The notes beneath the pieces were generated by a model. It saw only the letters and a list, made by a program, of their open reading frames with translations, ran no database searches and was not told where the DNA came from. Positions 40,338 to 51,012 of a stretch of DNA of 64,000 bases are shown here, piece after piece. A program made the translations under genes and the position numbers. Origin of the DNA: Anaerohalosphaeraceae bacterium. Its GTDB lineage: Bacteria; Planctomycetota; Phycisphaerae; Sedimentisphaerales; Anaerohalosphaeraceae. The DNA lies in contig JBNRMN010000034.1 of NCBI GenBank assembly GCA_050309605.1, positions 172,554-236,553 of the forward strand. The letters are read 5' to 3'. The stretch's first letter is position 1; each line of letters opens with the position of its first letter.

Positions 40338-41528
40338 TTAGGTGAGCATATCTTTTTTTTTGATTTGTCGTCGAATTCGCTGGATTTTTTCGAATAAAGT
40401 TTTATTTTGCATCGTTATTTTTTTACAAATTACACTCAATGCTGTCAATACCGAAGCGATGAGATTTGCAATGATTAATTTAGGACAAAAAGAAAGGATC
40501 ATCCACGTACATTCCTGCCATTTATCCCCTTGCGGCCATTGTTTATGTCTTTCCTGGCCATGATCGGAGTCCCAGATCATGATTTTCGGCTCTTGACATA
40601 TGTCCTTCAACATTCCAATCAGGACAATTGTTCCAACACTGTATTGTGCCCACTTGGGATCATAGCCCATTCGATCTCCGAAACAAATGTGTTTGTACTT
40701 ATAGGCCAAATAGAAAGCACAGGGGCTTTTTTGAATATAAAGCACGTACGCCAACAACCAGCCCTTTTGCGCACAGTCGGTCAACAAATGAATGGTTCTG
40801 TCATCATCATTAACACCCGCACCATAAGCTGATTGGTACGTTTTGGCAGAAATATAGGCCATGTCTTGTACTGCTATAGAGACTTGGTCGGGACTGGAAA
40901 ATCTTTTGAAAGCAACCTGATTGGGATAGGCTGCATGAAGCTTTCGCTCTTTTTTACGAATAACAGATCGCCTGTTTTTTGAGCAGCGACTTAGCAGCTC
41001 ATCAAAACTCGAGCTTAACAGACAATTAAAATGGATAAGCTTTCGGGCATAAAAGGGCTGACGCAGCCTTGTAATATTTCTCTTCAAGGCTGCGAATAAA
41101 GGATTATCGGTACGAATTCGTTCAAAGACGATACCCTGAATATTTTGAGATTTCAGCGTATGAAGCAAGCTGTCCGTTAAAAAGTTACACAGGGCATCGT
41201 CCAGATGGCCGAGAACACCACCATAAATAATTGACCAAGAAGAGAATGTCGGCGTCCAAAGATGATTATACCCCAGCTTGCAATCGATACAGTTTGGTTT
41301 CAAGACACCGATTAACAGGACAACGACTTGATTGTGGTCTTTAACGAGGCCAATACATGGGGTTTGGTTGGGATCCGCATTGGAAAGAACTGCCAGATAA
41401 CGATCAATATCCGCATGAATGATGGGATAGTCCTGGGCATTTTGCAAAGCCGCCCATGCGGGCCGCAGATTTTCGATACCCAATCTGTCGGTGATGATTT
41501 TAAAAGTTAATCCTTCAAGGTCACGCAT
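40338..41528 (-). CDS. GNAT-family (CelD/BcsL-like) acyltransferase, paralogue 3
   Basis: SFDELL..CSKNRR, GYDPKWAQYSVGTIVL; start probably ATG 41528. Confidence 0.8.
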   Translation of the reverse strand: MRDLEGLTFKIITDRLGIENLRPAWAALQNAQDYPIIHADIDRYLAVLSNADPNQTPCIGLVKDHNQVVVLLIGVLKPNCIDCKLGYNHLWTPTFSSWSIIYGGVLGHLDDALCNFLTDSLLHTLKSQNIQGIVFERIRTDNPLFAALKRNITRLRQPFYARKLIHFNCLLSSSFDELLSRCSKNRRSVIRKKERKLHAAYPNQVAFKRFSSPDQVSIAVQDMAYISAKTYQSAYGAGVNDDDRTIHLLTDCAQKGWLLAYVLYIQKSPCAFYLAYKYKHICFGDRMGYDPKWAQYSVGTIVLIGMLKDICQEPKIMIWDSDHGQERHKQWPQGDKWQECTWMILSFCPKLIIANLIASVLTALSVICKKITMQNKTLFEKIQRIRRQIKKKDMLT

Positions 41529-41533
41529 ATAAA

Positions 41534-42676
41534 TCAAGAGATATTTTGGTAAAAACGGCGGATTAGCTTCGTTATTCGCTGCCAAAGGCGTCTGATAAAC
41601 TTAACATCATAAATCTTCCATATTGCGAAATAGAACCCGACGAGTACTCTCCCCGTGGCTCTGCTTCCTGTAGCACTTCGCCATATCTGATGTTGATGTG
41701 TTCCCCAAAATCTCTTCCAAAGCGCATCACTATGCCCAAAGTTTATCACCTTGATTTGTTCATGACAAGCATCACGAAATACCTGTTGAGTCAGCATATC
41801 ACCAATGGACTGTTGCTTTATATTGAACTTGAGCTTAAATGCTCTTAAATGGATTTCCAGCCTTTTGTTATTGTGGAAAGCCAGTTCGAACGCCGCATTA
41901 TCGCCGTTTATTGTCATCAGCCAAAGTCGAGCCAGGTCCGCCTGAGCCATGGCCAAGATTAAACTGCGTCTGAAAGGATTTGCCAAAAAGACGGCACCGC
42001 GCTGAACCATCCAACTTTGCTGTTGGATTTCAAGTGCCTTATCCAGCACGGATTCTGTCAACTTTGTTCCCCTATAATGATGGATTTGAACTTGCCCCAG
42101 CTCATAAAGCTTTTTTTCTTTCCATCGTAATTTTTTTTTGCTCTTTGGTGATTTGGTTTGGTTCAAATAGTCTTCAAATGAACCGTTCAATCGGGCATAA
42201 TGGGTTATGTTGCGGTACACCTGATGGGACTTCATGCCTCGCTTATGAAGCTCATTTAAAAGTTGTTGAGTTGCAATGTCATCAGAGGACAGATCATCAT
42301 TTACATAAACATCAAAAACTCGATTGCAGATAATAAAGTCTGCCAATTGGCTGAGAACATCCAGATGCGCAGAATCCAGTAAAATACCCAAGCAGCCGGG
42401 GATTCCGGTACCAATGGGTTTAGCCACCTTTAACCAAGCGATTCTGCATATCATCAATGGTAATACAGCAAGCAATGTGCCATTTTGACGAATCGTCAGT
42501 ATAGATACACGGCCTTTAAACTGATGTGTCTCAATAAACGTTGACACCCAAGGAAAACTAAGACAGTAAGGTGCATAATCGGCCCGTGCAAAAAGTTTGC
42601 ACCATTCATTTTGAAGCGCTTGATATGTTTTTATTCCGAATGATTCAATGTGATAGGAACTTGAATTCATTTTCAT
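41534..42676 (-). CDS. GNAT-family (CelD/BcsL-like) acyltransferase, paralogue 2
   Basis: LQNEWCKL, AVLPL, SFEDYL...KKLRWKEKKL, RLWLMTING, FG.SDALWKRFW. Confidence 0.82.
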   Translation of the reverse strand: MKMNSSSYHIESFGIKTYQALQNEWCKLFARADYAPYCLSFPWVSTFIETHQFKGRVSILTIRQNGTLLAVLPLMICRIAWLKVAKPIGTGIPGCLGILLDSAHLDVLSQLADFIICNRVFDVYVNDDLSSDDIATQQLLNELHKRGMKSHQVYRNITHYARLNGSFEDYLNQTKSPKSKKKLRWKEKKLYELGQVQIHHYRGTKLTESVLDKALEIQQQSWMVQRGAVFLANPFRRSLILAMAQADLARLWLMTINGDNAAFELAFHNNKRLEIHLRAFKLKFNIKQQSIGDMLTQQVFRDACHEQIKVINFGHSDALWKRFWGTHQHQIWRSATGSRATGRVLVGFYFAIWKIYDVKFIRRLWQRITKLIRRFYQNIS

Positions 42677-42695
42677 ATTGTTATATCGGAATTAA

Positions 42696-43886
42696 TCATC
42701 TTTGATTTTCGATTTTTTCATGCAACTTTCTGCGCCATTTGCGCTTGAGCCATCCGTAAATACCACATTTTTTAACTGTCCACATCAGGCCGAGAGTGAA
42801 AATGGAATTCACCGTAATGACCAGATTAATCAGAATCGGATAGACTCGCGGCGCAAACAGATACGTTGCAGCCGCTTCCTGCCAGGATTCATCCCCATAA
42901 CTTTGTTTATATTCGGCATCACCAAAACCGAAGTCCAACTGCAATGCTTTTGGATCACTGCAAAGCTCATCAAGGACTTTTAGAAACAATACGGAACCCA
43001 CATTCCAAGAGGCATAATGAGGATCGTATCCCAGTTTTTCCAAAAAGTAAGTCCCACGGTAGATCGTTCCCCATTGAAAGCTGACAGGCTGATTGCGCAG
43101 ATACATAATGGATAAAAAAAGCCGACCTTTTTCTATGTCTTTCGCAATTATCGATCGCAACAAAGGATTGTCATAAAAGCCCACTCCCAGTGGATGTTGA
43201 TAGGTTTTTTCTGAAACAACAACAGCATCATGAAACATTTTCTCAAGATTACAGTTTTTTCGATAATGGATGATATGAAGGCGTTCTTTGTATTGAGATT
43301 CTAATTTTTTTTGAACTCGTTTAAGGTTGGCCCGATGCTTTTTAGAGAGTTTCGTATAAAATTCATCTACGTTACTTGGTATCGACATTCGCCAGTGAGG
43401 CTCAATAACCAGAAAATGACTGCGGCTCCAAAACGAACCCCGTCGTATCTGTATGAAAAATTGGGTATCGATCCGTAAATGATTGAAAAAGATAACATCG
43501 ATTTGACGCTTTCGGAGTAACTTTCTAAACTCTTTGCACAATAATGCAGACGTCTCATTGTCAGGCTGGCCTAAAATAACGCCGTAAACCACTGTTATGG
43601 CATTGAGTTTGGGTCTGAGAAACGTTTTATAGCCTATGCAAACCGGTATTGACAGTTTTTCACGGCGACCAATGATTATCGCACGGAGGAATTGCCCCTT
43701 TTTAAGCAGTATAAACAGTGGACTGCACCGATTTTCATTGGCCTTCAATACGGACAAATAGCGGTCAATGTCAGCATTGATGACCGGACAAGGCTCCTGA
43801 TCCTGCAACTGCTGCCAGACAGAACGAATGGATTCGATCTGGTCAAGGGTTTCAATGATTTCGACCTGCCAGTTATTGTTATTCAT
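42696..43886 (-). CDS. GNAT-family (CelD/BcsL-like) acyltransferase, paralogue 1
   Basis: EFYTKLSKKHRANLKR, GYDPHYASWNVGSVL, LDFGFGDAEYKQ. Confidence 0.85.
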   Translation of the reverse strand: MNNNNWQVEIIETLDQIESIRSVWQQLQDQEPCPVINADIDRYLSVLKANENRCSPLFILLKKGQFLRAIIIGRREKLSIPVCIGYKTFLRPKLNAITVVYGVILGQPDNETSALLCKEFRKLLRKRQIDVIFFNHLRIDTQFFIQIRRGSFWSRSHFLVIEPHWRMSIPSNVDEFYTKLSKKHRANLKRVQKKLESQYKERLHIIHYRKNCNLEKMFHDAVVVSEKTYQHPLGVGFYDNPLLRSIIAKDIEKGRLFLSIMYLRNQPVSFQWGTIYRGTYFLEKLGYDPHYASWNVGSVLFLKVLDELCSDPKALQLDFGFGDAEYKQSYGDESWQEAAATYLFAPRVYPILINLVITVNSIFTLGLMWTVKKCGIYGWLKRKWRRKLHEKIENQR

Positions 43887-43917
43887 TGTTTTGTGATCTG
43901 AAAACACGGATTTGTCT

Positions 43918-45294
43918 TTATTGTGACTTTGTGGAGACTTTTGAAGGGAGAATAACTGCCGTTTGTTTGGAAGTCCATTTGGAGCGTCTGATCGGAATTT
44001 GACTTGAGGTCGCGGTCAAGCTGGCAATCATAGCTAAAAGCAAATACCAGAGAATCGTGATCTGGCCGAAATAGGATACTCCAAGAAAATTTGTGCAGTG
44101 AACAAACAGACTGACTCCCAATGCCCACGATAATGCCAGTCGATATGTATTATCTGTATTTTGCCGCCACAGCTTGCCAATACTGTGAAATGCAAGAGTA
44201 ATCACTGTTATGAATAATGCCAGTGTCAATAAACCGCCTTGTACGCCGACCAGAACGTATTGATTCGTAATGTCGGCAGCGTGAACGCCCCATCCCAAGA
44301 CAGTGTAACCTGAGCAACCCATGAGCCACCACTCACTGACGTTATTGATTGCTGCATTGAGAAGTTTATAACGATGATAACTGGTGGACCCGCTTACCGC
44401 GCTAACCCGCGAAATCAAATGCCAGACGGGCGCCTGCATCATTAGATGAAGTCCGATCAGCATAAATAAAATTCCCCAACGAATAGGGCGCATTCTCTTG
44501 CGGAAGAAAAAAAACAAACCGCCGACAACAGCGCTTATCACTCCCATGACAGGAGTGCTTGATGCACAAGCGGCGACAATGAATAAGGACGTCAATAAAC
44601 CAATTATCGCTTTTGAACGATCTTTAGATGACTTCCACCAAAATGCGGCGATTAACGGCATCAACGCCGCCCAAAAACATCCGGCCAGAATGGCATGTGA
44701 ATAGGCGCCGCTGGCGCGAATTCTACCGTCGCGCACTGATGAGAACAGCGACTTTCCGCCAAATATCGAAAAGGCATTGCGTCCGGTAGCTTGCTCCATC
44801 ACGAAGAAAAAGGCTACTGGAATGCTGATGATCACAATACCGAAAATGATACGGTCCACATCCTGCCAGTGCCGTACTAAACAACGAAATAGAAAATACA
44901 TTCCAAACGCGTCAAACCCAAAACCGAGGCGATTAATAACCGCCGAAAAGGAGTTTTCACGAAGGATATATAATCCCATATAGGTCAACGTATATAGAAT
45001 CATCGCCGTATCCAATGGCTGCCAGATAAAGCCCTGATACTCTTTGTGAAGTATCAGCCGCATTGTGCCGAACAGGACCATAATCCGCAAAAAACTGAAA
45101 TCGCAACCTGCAATGACAATGCGCTGGGCCGACGGGATGAAGCAGGCGATGATCAGCATCGGGACCACTGACCATCGACGCGGCAACCATAAAAGGCACA
45201 GCCCCAGGACAACGACCATCGCCAACCCCAGCGGGTGAACGGAGGTCTGACCGGCCCATGAAGGGTCGCCTACAATGTGACGCTGATCATCCAT
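43918..45294 (-). CDS. Multi-pass membrane protein, probable Wzy polymerase / O-antigen ligase-like
   Basis: About 10-12 TM segments; RDGRIRASGAYSHAILAG, S.YHRY.L, DITNQY; location in the EPS operon. Confidence 0.75.
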   Translation of the reverse strand: MDDQRHIVGDPSWAGQTSVHPLGLAMVVVLGLCLLWLPRRWSVVPMLIIACFIPSAQRIVIAGCDFSFLRIMVLFGTMRLILHKEYQGFIWQPLDTAMILYTLTYMGLYILRENSFSAVINRLGFGFDAFGMYFLFRCLVRHWQDVDRIIFGIVIISIPVAFFFVMEQATGRNAFSIFGGKSLFSSVRDGRIRASGAYSHAILAGCFWAALMPLIAAFWWKSSKDRSKAIIGLLTSLFIVAACASSTPVMGVISAVVGGLFFFFRKRMRPIRWGILFMLIGLHLMMQAPVWHLISRVSAVSGSTSYHRYKLLNAAINNVSEWWLMGCSGYTVLGWGVHAADITNQYVLVGVQGGLLTLALFITVITLAFHSIGKLWRQNTDNTYRLALSWALGVSLFVHCTNFLGVSYFGQITILWYLLLAMIASLTATSSQIPIRRSKWTSKQTAVILPSKVSTKSQ

Positions 45295-46234
45295 ATGATT
45301 TACGATGTTTCCACGCTCGGTATTGTTCTATTAACTTTAATGGCAATAAAACATATATTAAGGGCTTGTAATATCTGACACTGGACGGATGCAACTTAAT
45401 ACAGGAAAAAGCCGTTTTGAATGCCGCAAAAAATCTGCCTGTCCTACGGAGATCCAGTACACTTTCCATAAAATGCGGGACGACTCCGTATAGCTGCTCG
45501 TTTTCTGAGACCGCTCTTTTATGTTCAGGAAGATATGATTGTCCTCGTCGCGCATAGGTTTTTTTCAAGACGGCCTGCACTTTTTCGGCCTTGCGTTTTG
45601 CGTCTGAACGTGTGTTTGATGAGGGATTGATCCGATAGGAATAAAGACACTCGCCAAGAACCATCAAGGGGTATTGTTCACCGACACGAAGAATATAATC
45701 CCAGCCCTGACCAATTCTCAAGTCCGGATCATATTTCAAATCCTTGACCATAGACATTCGAAACATGACTGTCGGATCATGGGATGGCATACGCATCTGC
45801 TCAATATCTTCCCTGCATTCCTCAGTGCCTTTATCGCGAAAACGCGGTGCAATACGGCGACCCTGTATAATCAAATCATAGCCGCTAAAGACTCCGGCGA
45901 TGTGGGGATATTCAGCCATCGTCTCAACGAGCCGTTCGATACGCGCGGGATAACTTAAGTCATCCGCATCCTGAATGGTATAAAACCGGCCACCGGCTAT
46001 CTCTAATGCCCTATTCAGCGCAACCGACTTACCGGCATTATTTTGCCTGAGAATCTTAATGCGACTGTCCCTGATGTCTGCTATCGATTCAAAACAGCCA
46101 TCCGTACTACCGTCATTGATGATGATAATTTCTAAATTTTTGTAGCTTTGACAGAGAACGCTCTCAAGAGATGGACGCAGATATTGTCCTGCATTATAAA
46201 CGGATATCAAGATGGAAACGAGAGAGTCTGGCAT
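45287..46234 (-). CDS. GT2 glycosyltransferase
   Basis: VSILISVYN, INDGSTD, NAGKSVALN, QDADD. Confidence 0.93.
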   Translation of the reverse strand: MPDSLVSILISVYNAGQYLRPSLESVLCQSYKNLEIIIINDGSTDGCFESIADIRDSRIKILRQNNAGKSVALNRALEIAGGRFYTIQDADDLSYPARIERLVETMAEYPHIAGVFSGYDLIIQGRRIAPRFRDKGTEECREDIEQMRMPSHDPTVMFRMSMVKDLKYDPDLRIGQGWDYILRVGEQYPLMVLGECLYSYRINPSSNTRSDAKRKAEKVQAVLKKTYARRGQSYLPEHKRAVSENEQLYGVVPHFMESVLDLRRTGRFFAAFKTAFSCIKLHPSSVRYYKPLIYVLLPLKLIEQYRAWKHRKSYG

Positions 46235-46246
46235 AACAGAGAGTTT

Positions 46247-47077
46247 CTATGCAAGGATTCGCTTTAGTTTGTTTCTCAGCACACGTACACCTTTTCGCCA
46301 GCCGGTATAATACGTAACCTCGAAGGGATCGTCGAGCAGGTTTCGGACAATGTCGTTACGTCGTTTCATGCGCCCTTCTACGTCGTTATAGCTGCCTGAC
46401 TTGAGGCCGAACGTGATGTTTTTGTACACTGCAAAGCTCTCAGCGTCTTTTATCATGCAATATTTGCTCTTGGGGTCATCCATATGTTCTTGGTAGATTA
46501 GCGGGTAGTACCAGCCGTTGATATACCCGGCTCGGGCCATCTGCATAAAATAATATGTTGTGCCGGTCATGTGGCCTGGTTTCCAAAGACCCTGTTCCAA
46601 AAATGTTTTGCGCTTTAGGATAAAGCCCGAACCGGCGACCCAGGGATGGCGAAAAATCTGATGGCCGTTAAATTCCTGGATCTTGTGTCTGGCTCGGTCG
46701 TAGTCAAAGTCTTCTTCAAAAAAATGCCACATCCCCACGGCGCCAAGCTGCGGAATCTCCTGATGCGCTTTTGCAAAAGTGCGCGTCCAGCCGGGGGTGG
46801 GCAGGCAGTCGTTGTCCAGTTTGCCGACAAGCTCGGATTTTGTTTGTGACCACGCCCAGTTCATCGCGCCAACCTGCCCTTCGTTGGTTTTGCTGATGTG
46901 AACGTCTGCAATCCGGGGATCGCTTAGGCTTTTGAGGTACTCGGCCGTTTGGTCCGTCGAAGCATTGTCCCACAAATACAGTTCAAACTCCTCGGCCGGA
47001 TCTTCCAGAAGCCGCGGGATGGTTTTTTGGGTGTATTCGAGCCGATTATGGGTGGGAATAACGATTGTAACATGCAT
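46247..47077 (-). CDS. GT2 glycosyltransferase
   Basis: IVIPTHNR, WDNASTD, KLDND. Confidence 0.9.
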   Translation of the reverse strand: MHVTIVIPTHNRLEYTQKTIPRLLEDPAEEFELYLWDNASTDQTAEYLKSLSDPRIADVHISKTNEGQVGAMNWAWSQTKSELVGKLDNDCLPTPGWTRTFAKAHQEIPQLGAVGMWHFFEEDFDYDRARHKIQEFNGHQIFRHPWVAGSGFILKRKTFLEQGLWKPGHMTGTTYYFMQMARAGYINGWYYPLIYQEHMDDPKSKYCMIKDAESFAVYKNITFGLKSGSYNDVEGRMKRRNDIVRNLLDDPFEVTYYTGWRKGVRVLRNKLKRILA

Positions 47078-47110
47078 GATGAGACCTGCTGGACTTGTCG
47101 AGGCTGTTGA

Positions 47111-48913
47111 TTATTCAAATTTGTTCAACCATACCGCAAGTTGAAGTAGTCTAAATCCATCTTGCCAATGTAAATTATTTGATTTTATTAGAGTTGATCC
47201 TGAAAGATTGAAGACTGTTTCATTTAATCGATTTAAACGGGAAGCGTACTGATCAATCAGAATTATAATACGTTGATTTGATTGCCAGTAATCTTGATAA
47301 TCGTGCCAAGAATGCTGAATCAAGGTGTTTTTCCCAAATCTATTTAACAACTTTGTTCCTTTATCTTGCGATTTTCGAATTACTCGCTGAATAAGATAAT
47401 TCACTTGTTTACTCGCGGGCGTCACGCCGTTGTCGGCCGAGGGGATATATTTCCCAGATCCATATAAATCAAGGGTTGATTTCAAAAAAAACTTTTTATT
47501 AAATTTAAGGTTAACTGGACAACGAAAAGCTACATCCAAAATTCTGCGGTCAAAAGCAACAAATTTTTGATTAAGAACTCTCCTCTCTGCTGACCAACAT
47601 GCCCCAATCTTGTTTTGGGAAAAGGGATAAAGATGAAGCCATTCCGCCTGACTTGTACGATTTTTTTGCAGAAATTCAGCAAGAAACTTTTGCTTTCGAT
47701 CATAAATTTGATGGACAAGATTAATCTTAAGATTAGATTTTGAAAAGCTCGTCAATTGATGAGCAAAGTCGTAACTACTGTGCTTAAATTCAGGGGGCCT
47801 TAATCCCCACAAACGTTTGTGTTTTATAAAATCTACGGCAAAATGTGCTTTGAGATAAGCATCGATCTCCATGCCATTAAGCAATACATCAATATTATGA
47901 GTAAAAAATTGTTCAGCTGCTGCAATACCATGAGCATTGATCCAGTCAAAATCGCACCCTATCAGCCTCGTCGTCTGCAACAAACAATCAGCCAAATAGT
48001 TTTCGCTGCGTTGAAGGGGGTACCATGGTCGGCCATAGCACTGAGAGACTTTCATCGCTGTTCGTGTTTCACGGTTTTCATGGTCACAGAGAGTTAAGCC
48101 GATGCACTCTTTAGACTCTGGTACAAGGGCCATAATCAAACGAGAATCCAAGCCGCCGCTGAGTGCAATGCCAACCTTGTGATGGTTTTTAATGCGATCC
48201 TGTACGCTTGCGACCAAGGCTTTGCGTAAATCGTCTGCAAGCTGCTCTTCACTGATGGTACGGTCCTCAGCAGGCGGTGTCCAATATTGCATGGATTTGC
48301 GGGTCAACCTTTGATTGTTAAATTCAAAGCAATGTATTGTGCCCGGACGCATTTCCTTAACATGCTTGTACGTCGTGTGGGGAAATGTCGTCGTCCCGGC
48401 GTTCAGAAATTCTGCTAGTGAGACATGGTCAAGATGATTTTTTTCTCCACTGACCGCGGCTATCGTTTCCAGGTGTGTGCCAATATAAATGCTTTCCGGG
48501 TCACCAGATACCTCATTGTGGATGAAAACCTGCGTATAAGCCATTGGATCTGTGATAATGACAAGCTGGTTTTGGGTGGCAATCAAACACGCAAACGCAC
48601 CGTTAAGTTTTGTAAAGCATTCCCGATGTAATTGCAGATTCTCGTTATTGGGCTGATTGAGTGTCTCCAAAATTTCATCGACATCCTTTGCAGAAAGAGG
48701 CGATACAAGATCACCCACCCACGCAAAAATGATTCCGTCAAATTCACAGATATTCTTACAATTTGCTAACTGATCCTCAAGAACAGCGGCATTCCCCCAT
48801 GGGTACTCAAAAAAATGACCCACAGGCTTTTTGTCTCCATAAGGCAACCGCAACAATCGACATAAATGGTGGCCTTGAAGCTCTCTGTTTAATGAAATAA
48901 GAAAATCAGGCAT
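47111..48913 (-). CDS. Asparagine synthetase-related amidoligase
   Basis: LNGAFA, ITDP, PP-loop ALSGGLDSRLI; no N-terminal catalytic Cys. Confidence 0.87.
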   Translation of the reverse strand: MPDFLISLNRELQGHHLCRLLRLPYGDKKPVGHFFEYPWGNAAVLEDQLANCKNICEFDGIIFAWVGDLVSPLSAKDVDEILETLNQPNNENLQLHRECFTKLNGAFACLIATQNQLVIITDPMAYTQVFIHNEVSGDPESIYIGTHLETIAAVSGEKNHLDHVSLAEFLNAGTTTFPHTTYKHVKEMRPGTIHCFEFNNQRLTRKSMQYWTPPAEDRTISEEQLADDLRKALVASVQDRIKNHHKVGIALSGGLDSRLIMALVPESKECIGLTLCDHENRETRTAMKVSQCYGRPWYPLQRSENYLADCLLQTTRLIGCDFDWINAHGIAAAEQFFTHNIDVLLNGMEIDAYLKAHFAVDFIKHKRLWGLRPPEFKHSSYDFAHQLTSFSKSNLKINLVHQIYDRKQKFLAEFLQKNRTSQAEWLHLYPFSQNKIGACWSAERRVLNQKFVAFDRRILDVAFRCPVNLKFNKKFFLKSTLDLYGSGKYIPSADNGVTPASKQVNYLIQRVIRKSQDKGTKLLNRFGKNTLIQHSWHDYQDYWQSNQRIIILIDQYASRLNRLNETVFNLSGSTLIKSNNLHWQDGFRLLQLAVWLNKFE

Positions 48914-50440
48914 TTAACTTTTATGTTTCTTCAGTATTTTCACGACTTTTATAAGTCGCAGTATCGGCTCAATGCTCCACTCTATCATGCAGCATGCTAC
49001 AAAATACACAGCTATACCCACACAAAAGGTAATGAATAACTGTGATGCCGGATTAAAACCGTAAATCAAGAAAGTGTTCAGCGAGAAGACTGCAGAGGCC
49101 ATTATCAGCGACGCCAATAGCGGTGTTCTGAACGCGTTTAATATAATTCTCAATGTTACCGGTGTACCCCGCGAAGCATACCACATAGACGGAATAAACA
49201 AGCTCAACCTGCAAACAGTAACCGCAAATGCAACCGCTGTCGGGCCATGGCCTGCGCTTACAGAAATAGAGCCTATCAGAAGTAATCCATCGACCAATCC
49301 AAGTCTGAACATGCGATGGGTTTGATTTGTTGTCACAAAAAGCCATCCTTGACTGGTCCAAACAGTGTATACCAATCCAAAGATTCCAAGTATTGCAAAA
49401 ATACTGCTTGCCGCAAGCCATTGTTCTCCCAGTACAATTTCAATAACTTGAGATGACATCACAATCAGAAATGCAGTCACGGGCATTGAAAAAAATGACA
49501 TGAAATATATTACCTGGCTATAAAATAAACGGTAATTAACGGAATCTTCCTGCAACCGGCTGAGTGCAGGAATCGCCACCGATCCGATCGGACCTCTTAT
49601 TTGGGTCAATGGCAGCAATAGTAGTGCATATGCTCTGCTGTAATACCCTAACGCAACCGAACCTGACAGTTTCCCTATTAAAACGTGGTCTAGATGGCGG
49701 CTGATATAATTTACAATACTGTTTGCCGTAATAAAACCGCCAAAACCCAGCATTTTCTTTGTACCAATTCGACGCTTAGGCCTGCCCGGAAGCCATGGAA
49801 AAGCAATCCATTTGCCGGCGGCTGTGGCTACGGCAAGTGCAATGTGCATGAAAACCAGCGACCAGTAACCAGCACCAAACAGGCCGGCAATGATGGCAAC
49901 AGCAACAGCGATAGCCATTGCGACAATCTCGACTACACCGATAGCAAGAAAACGCATATGCCGCTGCAGCATGGCCTGATGCTGGACGGTCAGGCCGCCA
50001 AAAATGAAGGTTGTTGCCAGCGCCATGGTTACCGGTGTCAACCGCGGATCGTCGTAAAACCACGCCACGGCCGGCGCCAGAGCGAATACAACAGCAGCTA
50101 CCGAGACTCCCAACGCAGCATTGACCCAGAAAAGCGTGCTGACTTGGTCATGATTGATCTCGGCCCTTTGAACCGTCGCAGACGAAAGCCCCAAGTCACG
50201 AAACATCAATGCAAAATTGGTCACAGCGGTGACCATCGCAATGAGGCCAAAATCGGCCGGCGTCAGGATGCGCGCCAAAACGACCGTTGAGCCGGTCTTC
50301 AGGATAAACTTGCAGGCTTGGGATACTACTGTTATCGCCCCGCCGCGGACGGAACGGCCTTTCAAATCGGCCGTTAGGTAGCTGGTGTCGAATAGATCAG
50401 AGGAGTTTTGAGGTTTAAGTTTTGAGTTAATTGTCAGCAT
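48914..50440 (-). CDS. wzx: Polysaccharide flippase (Wzx/PST, WzxC-like)
   Basis: LARILTPADFGL, DLGLSSATVQ, STLFW, LGYYSRAY, PALSRLQ. Confidence 0.92.
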   Translation of the reverse strand: MLTINSKLKPQNSSDLFDTSYLTADLKGRSVRGGAITVVSQACKFILKTGSTVVLARILTPADFGLIAMVTAVTNFALMFRDLGLSSATVQRAEINHDQVSTLFWVNAALGVSVAAVVFALAPAVAWFYDDPRLTPVTMALATTFIFGGLTVQHQAMLQRHMRFLAIGVVEIVAMAIAVAVAIIAGLFGAGYWSLVFMHIALAVATAAGKWIAFPWLPGRPKRRIGTKKMLGFGGFITANSIVNYISRHLDHVLIGKLSGSVALGYYSRAYALLLLPLTQIRGPIGSVAIPALSRLQEDSVNYRLFYSQVIYFMSFFSMPVTAFLIVMSSQVIEIVLGEQWLAASSIFAILGIFGLVYTVWTSQGWLFVTTNQTHRMFRLGLVDGLLLIGSISVSAGHGPTAVAFAVTVCRLSLFIPSMWYASRGTPVTLRIILNAFRTPLLASLIMASAVFSLNTFLIYGFNPASQLFITFCVGIAVYFVACCMIEWSIEPILRLIKVVKILKKHKS

Positions 50441-50927
50441 TCAGATTCCAGCTTCCAGCGGCCAGCTTCGCTGGAATTTAGAATGAAGAAAGAAAAATGT
50501 AGAATTTAATAACATTCAATTAAGTCTGCGCGGACGCTGTCCCGGTCGGTTGACGACAATTTTGAATTTTTAATGCTTAATTTTTAATTATTCAGTAGCA
50601 AGCCTTCAGCGTCCGGCTTCCAGCGGCCAGTGGACAAGAAATTGCCTATTTCCGATTTCCTATTGCCAATGTGATTAAGCCGACACGTTCGGTCTTTAAC
50701 GGGCTGAAACGACCGTATGATTCTGGTAATGGACGGTCTTTTTCTCTCGCCGCGCTGCAACTGTATTCAACTGTCACTATTTCGGCTGTTTACGGGGATA
50801 ATTGTACCAAAAAATAGGAAGAAAACAAGATTGTCTTGTGTTTGAGCTGCCGGCTGCGCCGGAATGTAGAATTTAGTATATAGAATGAAGAATTCGTAAT
50901 CAGCTTCCGGCGGTCAGCGGTCGGCAA
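50403..50927. repeat. Cluster of eight short degenerate 7-nt-period arrays
   Basis: Arrays at 50403-430, 50434-468, 50472-506, 50557-591, 50599-633, 50640-667, 50860-894 and 50900-927, each 4-5 units. Confidence 0.88.
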
Positions 50928-51012
50928 GGTGCGGAATTTTCTTCATCAGTATCCTTAAAGTCCGATAATATTATTGCGGCTGCGTTGACGGAGGGAACGG
51001 GATACGTTAAAC

